DNA of 64,000 bases from a virus (Duplodnaviria; Caudoviricetes): positions 128,001-192,000 of the IMG/VR virus record IMGVR_UViG_3300027782_000029; one strand, 5' to 3'. Positions 7,909 through 18,196 of this stretch are shown in pieces. The first letter of the stretch is position 1, and the number at the start of each line of letters is the position of its first letter. Both the position numbers and the translations under genes were made by a program. Below the pieces are notes generated by a model. It saw only the letters and a list, made by a program, of their open reading frames with translations. It had not been told where the DNA came from and did not search any database.

Positions 7909-8079
7909 ATGAACACATTAAACACAATTATCAACAGCATGAGCCAGACCATCAATGAGAGCGTTATTGACGATCTCTCAACGATTGGTTTCACACACAA
8001 GGAAGCAGTAAAGATGGTCGTCGAGAATGACTTCGATTTTGCAGCTTCTACAGATTCATATCCTTCAGAAAACTTCTGA
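7909..8079 (+). CDS. Small acidic protein, the only convincing plus-strand gene
   Basis: MNTLNTIINS...; GAAAGG upstream; lies in an intergenic gap and is followed by a terminator. Confidence 0.6.
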   Translation: MNTLNTIINSMSQTINESVIDDLSTIGFTHKEAVKMVVENDFDFAASTDSYPSENF

Positions 8080-8103
8080 TTTAAAACATTAATTAAATAA
8101 TTA

Positions 8104-8133
8104 ATCCCCCTGGATTTTCCAGGGGGATTTTTT
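8104..8133. terminator. Rho-independent terminator between convergent genes
   Basis: ATCCCCCTGGA-TTT-TCCAGGGGGAT followed by a T-run. Confidence 0.8.
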
Positions 8134-8933
8134 ATATGTCTCTATTAAACTTCTTAAATCTTACTGCCCCGATACCACATGCTCCACTCCTACCGTGGTC
8201 GCAGAATGAGCAAACTCTTTCATTTTTTGTAGGGATGAAATTAGTATCTTGAATAATTTTATCTATTCTAGATATTAATCTTTCTTTGGTATCTTCCAGG
8301 TCTTGCTCAGAATACTGGTGAGACTTTAGTCTGCCAGTTCTCAAGTAGTGTAGTGATCCAGTTATTCTTTTTCCGAGGAAACTTAATTGAAGCAGCAAGC
8401 GCATAGATTCCTAGCTGTAAATTCTCTGCTATATTTTTCTGTGCCACTTCTCTTTTGCCAGTTTTGTAATCGACTATGTGAACGTCGTCCCCTATTACAT
8501 CTATTCTGTCTATGTATCCTATTATAGAATAGTTTCCTATAATAAAATTAAAGGACATTTCTTTTTCATAAACATCAAAAAGCTTATTCTCATTAGCATC
8601 ATAGAAGTCGTTGATAATAACTGTGCCTGCATCAAGCAATTGGTTAGATATTAAATTGTTAGGGTCGTACTCAGATATCTTCTGCAGATATGAACCATGC
8701 ATCTCATCCAAGGCCAGTGGTTCTTTATCTGAAACTAGATCTTCCAGTACTGCATGAACTATGTTTCCCAGGACTGCTGCTTCACCAAATTGCCTTGGTT
8801 CTTTTTTGATGTAGGAAAAGAAATACTTAGACGCACACATCTCGTATGTATCTATTCTTGAGTAACTAAAGTCAGTGAGGGTTAACTTTTGAAAAGGATC
8901 TATGTCTTCAATTGTTTTAATTTCTATAGTCAT
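8132..8933 (-). CDS. RecB/AddB/Cas4-like PD-(D/E)XK exonuclease with 4-Cys Fe-S motif, 266 aa after a +1 frameshift at CGG 8373-8375
   Basis: FSYSRIDTYEMCASKY, GYIDRIDV, IVDYKTG, QLGIY in frame 1; CSFCDHGRSGAC in frame 2. 802 nt minus 1 = 267 codons. Confidence 0.85.
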
Positions 8934-9118
8934 TCGTTTATTTCTTTTGGTTGATTTGGATCAAATACAATTTTTCCATTTTCATCATACTCAATTCCGG
9001 TATAATCTATAGTATGCCCAGTTAGCTTATGCTTAAAGCTACCTTCTCCTATTGGGATCCAACCAGTAGTTCCTAGCTCCATGCTGTCGTATTCATTGTA
9101 TGGCCACATATTCTCCAC
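8930..9118 (-). CDS. Hypothetical protein
   Basis: 62-aa ORF, ATGA overlap with the downstream gene. Confidence 0.6.
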   Translation of the reverse strand: MENMWPYNEYDSMELGTTGWIPIGEGSFKHKLTGHTIDYTGIEYDENGKIVFDPNQPKEINE

Positions 9119-9326
9119 CTATCTTTATTTTACATTCAGAATAGTTATCTATATTTAAATAGTAACCTAGCACTGTATATAAGTCTTCTAGTTCTTTTTG
9201 AGTGCAATGAACGCCGACTACTCCGAGCTGAACAAAGAAGTTGCTTGAGTAATTTACTACAGCACCTTCGTATTCAATCAGGGTAATGTTATTCTTTTCA
9301 ATTCTTCCAACTTCATTTCTAAGCAT
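9093..9326 (-). CDS. Hypothetical protein
   Basis: 77-aa ORF in the operon. Confidence 0.6.
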   Translation of the reverse strand: MLRNEVGRIEKNNITLIEYEGAVVNYSSNFFVQLGVVGVHCTQKELEDLYTVLGYYLNIDNYSECKIKIGGEYVAIQ

Positions 9327-9327
9327 T

Positions 9328-9696
9328 TTAATCCTCTTCCACTATGGCAATAGGGTTGTATGTAGGGTCATTAAGTTTTTCTCTCATGTCTCCTACGTAA
9401 GAGTCCCAGTCTCTTTCGTCTTCTGTTTTCTTTTCGTAAGTGACCTGGCCTTTAAATGGACTACTCTTAAATCTAGTCATAACTAATCTGCCTGTCTGCG
9501 TTTTCCATCTAAGGACACCGTTCTTACAATCGCAGAAGTCTTCTGGATGAGGGTCTATTCTTCCCTCTGGGTCATATCTTCCTGAGCATCCGTTACACTT
9601 AGTGTATCTGCCCTTGTCCTGGCATCTGTTGCACGATGAACAGAAGGTCCAGCACCAGTTCTCAACTGGATTCTTATGGGTTCCCTTTGCGCTCAC
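9328..9696 (-). CDS. Cys-rich, probably Zn-binding protein
   Basis: CWTFCSSCNRC, CNGC, CDC. Confidence 0.65.
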   Translation of the reverse strand: MSAKGTHKNPVENWCWTFCSSCNRCQDKGRYTKCNGCSGRYDPEGRIDPHPEDFCDCKNGVLRWKTQTGRLVMTRFKSSPFKGQVTYEKKTEDERDWDSYVGDMREKLNDPTYNPIAIVEED

Positions 9697-12600
9697 TGTA
9701 TCTCCTTTATTAGTTCTTCTAATTTGTTTTTTATTGTTATTGATGTTGTCTTATTAAACTTAAATTTAAGATTCTTATCTCCGTCATTTATATCTACGAA
9801 GACGTAAGAACCTCCAGTGTTCTCATTAATTATAGCATACAATTTATTTATAGTTTTTTCTGTTATTAATTTATTAGAAGTTAAATAGATAGGTCTTCCT
9901 CCCGAGAAGTATGAAAGATCTACTTTCTCACATGAATTTAAAACTATTTTATTTGTAGAATTTTCTTCATCGCCTTCTTTATTTAAAGTGCCAACTATAT
10001 TTATAACTTCTCCATTAGAAAAGAAGTCTTCATCATAATTTTTAGACTCTCTTGGAAATACAATCACTTCAATATCAGAAGATATATCCTGTACATTAAA
10101 CTTGTACATTCTTGAACCCTTTTTAGTTATTATCTTTTTAAATGAAGAAATAATTCCTGAGATGCTTACTCTACTTCCTGCGTTAACATCCTCTAGCTCT
10201 ACTATCTCGTGAGATATGCTTTCAGAAAGCAAGTCCCAAATTCCATCAACTGGATTTTTTGAGACATAAATTCCAAGCTCTTCTTTTTCTCTTTCCAAGA
10301 TACTAAGTTCAGTTCTTCTGCCAAAGTCTTGATCAAGAGTTTTATCTATCAACTCATCAAAGGCACCACTTGCTGCCAAGTGCTCAAGCGTTCCCTTTTT
10401 TAGGACTGCTGGATTTGTTCTTCTTAGGAAGTCGTGCATAGAAGTATACGGATTATCTAAGTCTCTATTAGACAGAATAGCTTCCGATACTGCGTAGCCT
10501 ATTCCGTTAATAGCAGCTAAACCAAATACTATTGTTGAACTATCTATAACAGTAAAGTCTTCAGTGGAATCATTGATTGATGGTGGCATTACTCTAAGAT
10601 TTAATTTTCTGCAGTCAGAAAGATATATAGCTAACTTATCTTTATTGCCAGCAACAGAGGTAAGCAGGGCTGCCATATACTCTGCGGTAAAGTTAGTTTT
10701 TAGGTAAGCTGTAATGTAGGATATCATTGCATAGCTTGCTGCGTGAGCTCTGTTGAATCCATAGCCACCAAAGTATTCAATGTCTGAATATATTTTATTG
10801 GCTCTATCCTGATTTAGCTGAGATGTCTTAACGCACCCACTAACAAACTTTTCTCTAAACAAAGAAATTTTGTCCATTTGTTTTTTACCAATAGCTTTAC
10901 GAAGATCGTCTGCTTGTCCAGAAGAGAATCCAGCTAGCTCTCGTGCAACGCCAAGAACATCTTCCTGATAAAGCATGATGCCAAGAGATGGACCTAGCAC
11001 CTCTTCTAGTTTAGGATGATCATATTCAACTCTAGATTTGCCATGCTTTCTATCAATATAAAGCTTATCCATTCCAGAACCCATTGGACCGGGTCTATAT
11101 AGGGATATGAGAGCCATGATGTCTTCGATATTCTGAGGCTGAAGTTGAACCATTAGCTCTCTCATGCCAGATGACTCTAACTGAAACACCCCTATAGCAT
11201 TTGCTCTACATAGTTCTGCATAAGTAGCAGGGTCATCTAGTGGTATTTCGTCTACGACTATATCTAGTCCCTTGTGTTTTTTTACTAATCTAACGCACTG
11301 ATCAATTACCCCAAGGTTTCTTAGTCCCAAGAAGTCAATCTTAAGCAGCCCGCACTGCTCCACTCTTCCCATGTCCCATTGGGTTATGACTGGGTTGTCT
11401 ATTCCCTTTTGCATAATGGGTAAGTATTCGACTAAAGAATCTCTAGAGATAACAATACCAGCTGCATGCATTCCGGTTTGTCTTACCAGTCCTTCTAGTC
11501 CAAAAGCAGTATCTATAATCTCTTTGCTAATAGGATCTTTTTTATATAGATCAGCAAAATCAGCAACGTCCATGCACTCGTGCAGAGACTTTGATACACC
11601 CAAGACTGGTGTAGGAACAAGCTTAGATACCTTATCCCCAGTAGCGAAGTCATGACCCAATGCTCTTGCAGCATCCCTAATAGATTGTCTAGCTCCAGTT
11701 TTATTGAACGTACATATGTGTGCGACTTTGTCATCTCCATATTTGGTTCTAGCATAATCGATTACTTTATCTCTATACCTATCATCAAAGTCTAGGTCGA
11801 TGTCGGGCATGGACTTTCTTCCTTCAACTAAGAATCTTTCAAACATTAGACCAAATCTAAGCGGGTCAAGATTCGTGATATTAAAAGCATAGGAAAGAAT
11901 ACTTCCAGCTGCAGATCCTCTTCCCCAACCAACTCTAATGTCATTGTCCTTAGCCCATCTTACTAGGTCAGAAACAACTAGGAAGTATTCTGGAAAGCCC
12001 ATATCTTCTACAACTTTTATTTCATGATTTGCTCGTTCAACAATATGTTCAGGTAGATCATTTCCGTATCTATTTCTAAGTCCTTCCCAAGCTAATCTCT
12101 CAAAGTATTGAGTAGAATTTTCTTTTGTTGGAATTGGAAAGTTTGGAAAATATATATCCCCAAACTTCAACTGCACATCTATCATGTCCGATACTTCTAC
12201 GGTATTCTTTAGCCATTCTTCGCTAAAAGTTAAAGCCATCTCATCATAAGATTTAAGATAGAAATTATCTCCACTAAAAGAGAATCTATTCTCTGTGTGT
12301 ATTGTACTGTTAGTGGAGACACACAGCATGATGTCGTGAGATCTAGCGTCTTCTCTATGAACATAGTGGCAGTCTCCTGTTGGAACTATCTTAGCTCCAA
12401 TAGTTTCTGCTATCTTAATTAAGTCATTTGTTATCTGTATCTGCTCAGCTAATCCATGATTCTGTATCTCTATAAAGTAGTTCTCTTTGCCAACAATATC
12501 CTGCATCTTTGCTGCCGACTCAAGTGCAAAGGCGTAATCATTTCTAAGTAAAGCTTGAGAAACCTCACTGTTCAAGCATCCTGATAAAACTATTATTCCA

Positions 12601-13019
12601 TCAGAGTGCTGAGATATAAGATCATGGTCAATACGTGGCTTTACGTAGTAGCCCTCAAGAAATGATCTTGATGACATCTTAATTATATTGTGGTATCCAA
12701 TATTATTCTTTGCCAATATTGTAATGTGATACGGACCTCTTTGTTCCCACTCATTCTTTGATGGGCCAGATCTCTCTTCTGGATCTCTATCAAGTCTAGT
12801 CTTTCTAGCTTGATAAAACTCAGAACCTAGAATTGGTTTAACTCCAAGAGAAGTCCCAGCATCATAGAAGTCTAGCCAAGAGTGAATGTTCCCATGATCA
12901 GTAGTTGCTAGACCAACCATTCCTAAGTCTTTTGCTTTAGTTAGATATTTCTCTACATTACCATGACCATCTAGCATAGAAAAAACTGTATGATTGTGTA
13001 GGTTGGTCCAGTTTTTCAC
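9693..13019 (-). CDS. dnaE: DNA polymerase III alpha subunit
   Basis: PHP domain (LHNHT, TDHG), GRGSAAGS, PDIDLDF, KIDFLGL, YGFNRAHAASY, C-terminal OB fold; no intein evident. Confidence 0.97.
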   Translation of the reverse strand: MKNWTNLHNHTVFSMLDGHGNVEKYLTKAKDLGMVGLATTDHGNIHSWLDFYDAGTSLGVKPILGSEFYQARKTRLDRDPEERSGPSKNEWEQRGPYHITILAKNNIGYHNIIKMSSRSFLEGYYVKPRIDHDLISQHSDGIIVLSGCLNSEVSQALLRNDYAFALESAAKMQDIVGKENYFIEIQNHGLAEQIQITNDLIKIAETIGAKIVPTGDCHYVHREDARSHDIMLCVSTNSTIHTENRFSFSGDNFYLKSYDEMALTFSEEWLKNTVEVSDMIDVQLKFGDIYFPNFPIPTKENSTQYFERLAWEGLRNRYGNDLPEHIVERANHEIKVVEDMGFPEYFLVVSDLVRWAKDNDIRVGWGRGSAAGSILSYAFNITNLDPLRFGLMFERFLVEGRKSMPDIDLDFDDRYRDKVIDYARTKYGDDKVAHICTFNKTGARQSIRDAARALGHDFATGDKVSKLVPTPVLGVSKSLHECMDVADFADLYKKDPISKEIIDTAFGLEGLVRQTGMHAAGIVISRDSLVEYLPIMQKGIDNPVITQWDMGRVEQCGLLKIDFLGLRNLGVIDQCVRLVKKHKGLDIVVDEIPLDDPATYAELCRANAIGVFQLESSGMRELMVQLQPQNIEDIMALISLYRPGPMGSGMDKLYIDRKHGKSRVEYDHPKLEEVLGPSLGIMLYQEDVLGVARELAGFSSGQADDLRKAIGKKQMDKISLFREKFVSGCVKTSQLNQDRANKIYSDIEYFGGYGFNRAHAASYAMISYITAYLKTNFTAEYMAALLTSVAGNKDKLAIYLSDCRKLNLRVMPPSINDSTEDFTVIDSSTIVFGLAAINGIGYAVSEAILSNRDLDNPYTSMHDFLRRTNPAVLKKGTLEHLAASGAFDELIDKTLDQDFGRRTELSILEREKEELGIYVSKNPVDGIWDLLSESISHEIVELEDVNAGSRVSISGIISSFKKIITKKGSRMYKFNVQDISSDIEVIVFPRESKNYDEDFFSNGEVINIVGTLNKEGDEENSTNKIVLNSCEKVDLSYFSGGRPIYLTSNKLITEKTINKLYAIINENTGGSYVFVDINDGDKNLKFKFNKTTSITIKNKLEELIKEIQ

Positions 13020-13222
13020 TAAACTCCTCTTTCTCTGTCTGCTTGATCAAGCGACTGATCTCTTGATTCTCTGTAAACTATTATTACTACGCCACCACAG
13101 TACTTGCATACCGGTGCACTTCCGCCTTGAGCAAATCCACTATTGTACATAGCTTTCATTGGTTGGTCTGATTTGCACTCTGAGCAAACGCCAATAACAT
13201 CATCAGGATTTCTTATTTCCAT
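13019..13222 (-). CDS. Zn-ribbon protein
   Basis: CSEC...CKYC. Confidence 0.65.
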   Translation of the reverse strand: MEIRNPDDVIGVCSECKSDQPMKAMYNSGFAQGGSAPVCKYCGGVVIIVYRESRDQSLDQADRERGV

Positions 13223-14432
13223 TATCTAATTCACCTTCTCTCAATGATCTATACGCAAATCTAATAGGCGATGGAGATGACTTTTCTTGAGTCTCAACAT
13301 ATCTATCACCTATTTTAACCCACTTATTTCTTTGCTCCAAAGAGCACTCGCCACATCCAACACCTACTGAATTAGCTCTTTCACACGTATAGGGTCTTCC
13401 ACCTATACCCATTTGGCGTCTCTTGACCCAGTCATTTATATGAGCAGAAGATTTCTCAAAGTTGTAGTCTCTACAGTTGCTTAATATCTCATGTAGAAAC
13501 TTTATGGAATCTTCAGTGTATGTAAGTATTGAACAAAGAAAAAGTCTGGCCTCATGCTCAAGATAACCTTCTTCTTTAGCTTGAAGATACAATCTTTTAA
13601 CTGCAGAGCATTTGGTTAGTAGCATTTTGGGATCAAAATACTTATGAGTTTGCTTTAAGTCCTTAAAAGCTTTTGAGCCGTATTTATTGAAATACTCTAA
13701 CGGATCTTGTTTTTTATTTTGAGACTCTTCCATCTCATATGTATATTGCCTATACCATTCATTTGCCTTGTAGCTAAACTCTTGGTCACATACTATTCCA
13801 GTTATTTTTTCTGAACAATATTTTGATATTTCTTCTATACTTTTATAAAGTAAATTTTCTTCTCCATAACAATTTAATAAAGTTTTATGTAATGAAGTGT
13901 CTTGATGTTTTGAACCAGGGTATCTCCACATTCTTCTTTGATCATAAACACTAAAGTCTAAGTTAGAAAGAGAAAGCTTATCTTTTAAGTCATTGGCTAT
14001 ATACCTAAAGACTTTAGACAAAGCATTGCTGGGGTTAATACCTAAAGCTATTGGCTCACATTCTATATGAAAACCTTTTTTACCAGTAAAATATACTAAT
14101 ACTGAATCCTTAGGAATAAATGTAGTCAAGTGCTCGTAAAGGCTTATGCATTCTGTCTTAGCTGACTCTATGTCTGAGCTATCTATATCAAAATACAATG
14201 GACCTAATCTGATTGCTTCGTCTATGTCTTTAGAGTTGTAAGCAAATACAGATGTATATATTCCAGTATTACCATTAGCTTTGGCATACTCTTCTACCTC
14301 TAGTGAGTTTAACACTAATGGTTTGTCGGCAACCTTATCTCTGATTACTCTTTTAAGTGACGGAACATATCTTGCCACTTCGTAGTAATCCCATTGAGAA
14401 AGGAATTTGTTTTGTTCAAGAGGGATTTTCAT
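13203..14432 (-). CDS. Archaeo-eukaryotic primase (AEP) fused to a PriL-like Fe-S domain
   Basis: LYFDID, TGKKGFH, RRMWRYPGSKH in the N-half; CSAV...LEHEARLFL...PYTCE..C..C in the C-half. Confidence 0.8.
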   Translation of the reverse strand: MKIPLEQNKFLSQWDYYEVARYVPSLKRVIRDKVADKPLVLNSLEVEEYAKANGNTGIYTSVFAYNSKDIDEAIRLGPLYFDIDSSDIESAKTECISLYEHLTTFIPKDSVLVYFTGKKGFHIECEPIALGINPSNALSKVFRYIANDLKDKLSLSNLDFSVYDQRRMWRYPGSKHQDTSLHKTLLNCYGEENLLYKSIEEISKYCSEKITGIVCDQEFSYKANEWYRQYTYEMEESQNKKQDPLEYFNKYGSKAFKDLKQTHKYFDPKMLLTKCSAVKRLYLQAKEEGYLEHEARLFLCSILTYTEDSIKFLHEILSNCRDYNFEKSSAHINDWVKRRQMGIGGRPYTCERANSVGVGCGECSLEQRNKWVKIGDRYVETQEKSSPSPIRFAYRSLREGELDNGNKKS

Positions 14433-14598
14433 AGAGGTCTATCTTACCAGAATCTGACCCATAATGCCATAATACTTTTTTATTTTCGGACTTAATATCT
14501 TCACTGTAACTTCTGTAGTAAACTGATTCTTCAATATAGTACTCTAATCTTTTTAGGATGGTAAATCTTTTTAAGAGTCTATCCTCAACATCATTCAT
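14416..14598 (-). CDS. Hypothetical protein
   Basis: 60-aa ORF overlapping both neighbours. Confidence 0.55.
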   Translation of the reverse strand: MNDVEDRLLKRFTILKRLEYYIEESVYYRSYSEDIKSENKKVLWHYGSDSGKIDLYENPS

Positions 14599-15274
14599 TG
14601 GATTCCTTAACCCATCTTGACTTATCTATATTTTCCCCATCTACAATGTAGTGAAGCTTTGAAGCAACGTTGTCAGCCATATGAACTATCATATCTAAAT
14701 ATGTTATTGGATAAGTTTCTGGAACTGGAGACCATGGTCCAAGGTGGCATCGCACCAATCGTAGGATAGATTGAACTAATTCTTCTGACAAAAATAAAGT
14801 AGATGATTCACTTTCTCTTGCAAAGTTCTTATCTTCTTGCTGGCATTTCTTAACAAGGTTTACCACGGTGTAAGGATGAAGAGGATCGTAGTGAAATGAT
14901 GTTTCACCCTCTAGCTTTATTCCTTTGGTTACATCGTGTAGAAGAGATGCTGCGTATACAGTATCTCTATCTTCATCGGAAAGAGAGTATGAATCAGCTA
15001 GCACCTTTGCTGCATGAACAACTCTCTTAGTATGTAAAACATTTCCGCCTTCATTATGTTCGTCAGCAGGGTGATACTTTCCAGAAAAGCTAGATGGTAT
15101 AGTCCAGAAATTTCCTGCTCTTAATAAGATAGATCTTACAAAAGACTTTATTGATTCATCTTTTATATAATTTATCTCTTCAAGTAATGGAGCAAGGATT
15201 GTATCCTCATTTTTTAGTGAGACTATAAAACTATTTTCAGATAATATTTCATCTAATATATTATTACTTTTCAT
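14591..15274 (-). CDS. HD-domain phosphohydrolase (YhaM-like HD)
   Basis: PSSFSGKYH, LHTKRV, LLHDVTK, CHLGPW, HMADN. Confidence 0.8.
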   Translation of the reverse strand: MKSNNILDEILSENSFIVSLKNEDTILAPLLEEINYIKDESIKSFVRSILLRAGNFWTIPSSFSGKYHPADEHNEGGNVLHTKRVVHAAKVLADSYSLSDEDRDTVYAASLLHDVTKGIKLEGETSFHYDPLHPYTVVNLVKKCQQEDKNFARESESSTLFLSEELVQSILRLVRCHLGPWSPVPETYPITYLDMIVHMADNVASKLHYIVDGENIDKSRWVKESNE

Positions 15275-16067
15275 TACTTAAACTTTCTTTCTTTTCCCAC
15301 TTATCCCACTTAGAACAAGGCTTATCAAAAGGGCATGACTTACAGTAGGTGATTGTACCTCTTCTAGAAGGGAATATGGTTTCATTCTCTAAAGACGTGC
15401 ACCAATAGGATAGTGCTAGCATGTCTTCTGACTCTATTTCGTATTCAAAGAAGTTTGATTTAGTACTTAGCAAGTCATAGTATCCAAACTTTGCATCCTT
15501 GATCTTACTACCATACTTGTGGTAAAACCCTTTATACATAACTGCCATCTCTGCAACATGTCTAAATTCATTTTTCATCTTGTGGTTAAAGGCCCATTTA
15601 ATCACATAGACTTTTCCGTTCTGAGAGTATATTAAATCAAAAGAATCTTCTATATAAACCTGTCCAACAATAGGTGCTATAAACTCGCTAGAGATTCCCA
15701 TAGGTATAATGTCTGGACTAGAAAAGTTTTCAACTAAAGCCAAAAGACTAGCTGCTGCTTTCGTGGTTAAGCTTGCATTATTCCCATAAAAACTTTCGTG
15801 TTGTTCATGAGTTATATCATATGCAGTTGTGCCTTTTGGAAACCATAACTTTTCCCATCTATTTAATAGTGAGGCATAGGACGGAACAATGCCAGCCTGC
15901 TTTTTGTAGAAGAAGAAGTGAACAATACTCTTTAGGGTGTTCTCAAATCTTAAACTCATAAGGTCTCTTCCACCTATCGTTTCTGGAAGCTTCTGTACAT
16001 GTCTAAAGTCGTACAGTCTTTCACAGGTTTGAAAATCTTTTATCTGATCAATGCTTATTTTTATCAT
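15264..16067 (-). CDS. PD-(D/E)XK-superfamily protein, possibly inactive paralog of 8132..8933
   Basis: ISIDQIKDFQTCERLY and C-terminal CKSCPFDKPC; VIKW replaces the DYK motif. Confidence 0.65.
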   Translation of the reverse strand: MIKISIDQIKDFQTCERLYDFRHVQKLPETIGGRDLMSLRFENTLKSIVHFFFYKKQAGIVPSYASLLNRWEKLWFPKGTTAYDITHEQHESFYGNNASLTTKAAASLLALVENFSSPDIIPMGISSEFIAPIVGQVYIEDSFDLIYSQNGKVYVIKWAFNHKMKNEFRHVAEMAVMYKGFYHKYGSKIKDAKFGYYDLLSTKSNFFEYEIESEDMLALSYWCTSLENETIFPSRRGTITYCKSCPFDKPCSKWDKWEKKESLSNEK

Positions 16068-16075
16068 AGCTTCCT

Positions 16076-17557
16076 TTATACCACGTTCATCGATTGTATC
16101 ATATAATCAATATCTTCATCATCTGATGGTTTATTATATGACTCTTTAGTTATAGGTTCATAGTCTTCGTAGGTCTTCTTGTGATCTACATATCTAACAA
16201 GAGGTGAATCATATACAAAGGTTGATCCAGTAATTCTATTCTTTGGTATCTGAAGCTGCATGATGTTGTCATCCTCAGAATCATCTCCACTAATTAACTT
16301 TTTCTCAGTTATAAATATAGTCACTGCACACTTCTGTTGAATAGCTAGTGATCCACCAGTGTCAGATTGCTGAACAACTTCTCTTTTTTCTTTCATTCTA
16401 TTTGAGTTTTCTTGAGCCGTAATAATAAGGACGCAGTTCATGTCTCTAGCCAACTTTTCTAGGCGAACCATCATCTCTTCAAACTCGCCCCAACGAGGCT
16501 TGCCTTTGCCACCCTTTGTAAACATAGACTGGATAGTATCTATAACAATTACATCTGGAATGCGATCTGCATTTCCCATGATGTCTCTAAGCCATCTTTC
16601 TAAGTCCTCAAAATAGGGAGTGTCTGGATCATGTCTTACCATGAATCTGTCACCCCACTCATCAAGCTTAGCCTTAAAGATGCCGATGTTCTTAACCTTT
16701 TCTTCTTGAGTCCAGTCTCTTGACTCTGCATAAACATTTTTTCCAATTATCTGCGTCATCAATACTCTTTCCCAGTGGGAAATTGCTTCCTCAAAGTTTA
16801 CATAAAGAACTCTATATCCGGTGTCTGCCCAGTGGTTAACCAAGCACTTAGCAAACGTACTCTTGCCCTTGCCTGACGCAGCAATTATTGCATGCACTGC
16901 CCCCTTAAAGAATCCACCATTGTCTGTGTATCCCATAGCTCTATTCAATGCCTTGTATTGCGTAGGAAGAAAGTTTGGTATCTCCAACAGTGCTTCAGCT
17001 CTACGTGATATATCGTTTGCAGTAGTAACATTGTCGAGTGGATTATAATTTAAATCATTTTCTAAATCTTTAATATCAGAAGTAATCTGAGTAATGCGAG
17101 TTATATCTTTGTCAGACTTCTCACCTTTTTGAGTTAATAGCATCTGCAACTCCTGCAAAGCATCTAACTGTTTTCTCTTGTTGGCTTTGTGTTTTACTAT
17201 TTTGATTACTGATTCAGGTGTAGACAGATCTATGGTTGCATAGATATCCATCATTGTTTCTACACCTGAAGCTCCACCAAGAGCTGAGTAGATATCACTC
17301 TCTGATTCAAGCCATACTCTAAATGATATAGGGTCGACTACATCTAATTTTGTTGTATGATAATAGCCAAGTACTGCTCTGTAGAATTCATTAATGCCAC
17401 TTTGGCCATGGATAGTTCCTACTATGTCTTCTGGAAGAGCTGAATCAAATAATTCTATAGCTCCTTTTTGTCTTAGTGATAGAGCAAATATCTGATACTC
17501 AATTGGATACTCTGGCTTGACAGAATCTTGTTCTTGTTGCACTTCTTCAATTGTCAT
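16076..17557 (-). CDS. dnaB: Replicative SF4 helicase (DnaB-like)
   Basis: AASGKGKST, VIVIDTIQ, ITAQEN, DTGGSLAIQQ, KNR. Confidence 0.85.
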   Translation of the reverse strand: MTIEEVQQEQDSVKPEYPIEYQIFALSLRQKGAIELFDSALPEDIVGTIHGQSGINEFYRAVLGYYHTTKLDVVDPISFRVWLESESDIYSALGGASGVETMMDIYATIDLSTPESVIKIVKHKANKRKQLDALQELQMLLTQKGEKSDKDITRITQITSDIKDLENDLNYNPLDNVTTANDISRRAEALLEIPNFLPTQYKALNRAMGYTDNGGFFKGAVHAIIAASGKGKSTFAKCLVNHWADTGYRVLYVNFEEAISHWERVLMTQIIGKNVYAESRDWTQEEKVKNIGIFKAKLDEWGDRFMVRHDPDTPYFEDLERWLRDIMGNADRIPDVIVIDTIQSMFTKGGKGKPRWGEFEEMMVRLEKLARDMNCVLIITAQENSNRMKEKREVVQQSDTGGSLAIQQKCAVTIFITEKKLISGDDSEDDNIMQLQIPKNRITGSTFVYDSPLVRYVDHKKTYEDYEPITKESYNKPSDDEDIDYMIQSMNVV

Positions 17558-18191
17558 TTTTCTTTGACTCTTTCACTTTCCTATAATAGGATTTTTTATT
17601 TTCTGAATTCTTTTTTTTTGCTGCTATGTAGGCAGGGTTGTCTTTAGCAGATTTTTTAAATGTTTCTTTTTTAACATGCTCAGAACTTCTTATGGCATCC
17701 AGCATTCTATTATACACTGATTCCTCAGTAAGCATGTCATTATAGCGAAATACTATTAGAGCAATTCCTTGCTCTTTGCATAGCTTCGCTTTTATTTCGT
17801 CTCTTTTTTGCGCTTCTTCAAAGTCATATTTTGAATCAAAGAATCTTTGAGTATAATAAAAATGCTGTCTGCCATGATACTCTGCTGCTATAGCATACTT
17901 CTCGCAGTATACATCCAGTCTAAGCTTTTCACCTATATGAAATTCATTTATTACTTTTTCACCTGGTAAAAGTTTTGCCATTATAGCTGTTAGTGCAGCT
18001 TGGCCTCTAGACATCTTTTTGTGATGTTCTTTAATCCAAGATAAGCCAAGATGATTAATCTTTTTATTAAGCTCATGAATTGTTATTGACATTTCTTTTG
18101 CTATCTGATTTAAAGATAGACTTGTATCAAATAAAAGATCCGTCAAGAACTCATCATCGTCTTTTATCTCATCCCAACTGCTCTTGGGCAT
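17547..18191 (-). CDS. HTH + Vsr/DUF559-like endonuclease-domain protein
   Basis: SLNQIAKEM HTH; LRLDVYC, AAEYHGRQH, RDEIK. Confidence 0.65.
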   Translation of the reverse strand: MPKSSWDEIKDDDEFLTDLLFDTSLSLNQIAKEMSITIHELNKKINHLGLSWIKEHHKKMSRGQAALTAIMAKLLPGEKVINEFHIGEKLRLDVYCEKYAIAAEYHGRQHFYYTQRFFDSKYDFEEAQKRDEIKAKLCKEQGIALIVFRYNDMLTEESVYNRMLDAIRSSEHVKKETFKKSAKDNPAYIAAKKKNSENKKSYYRKVKESKKNDN

Positions 18192-18196
18192 GATCC

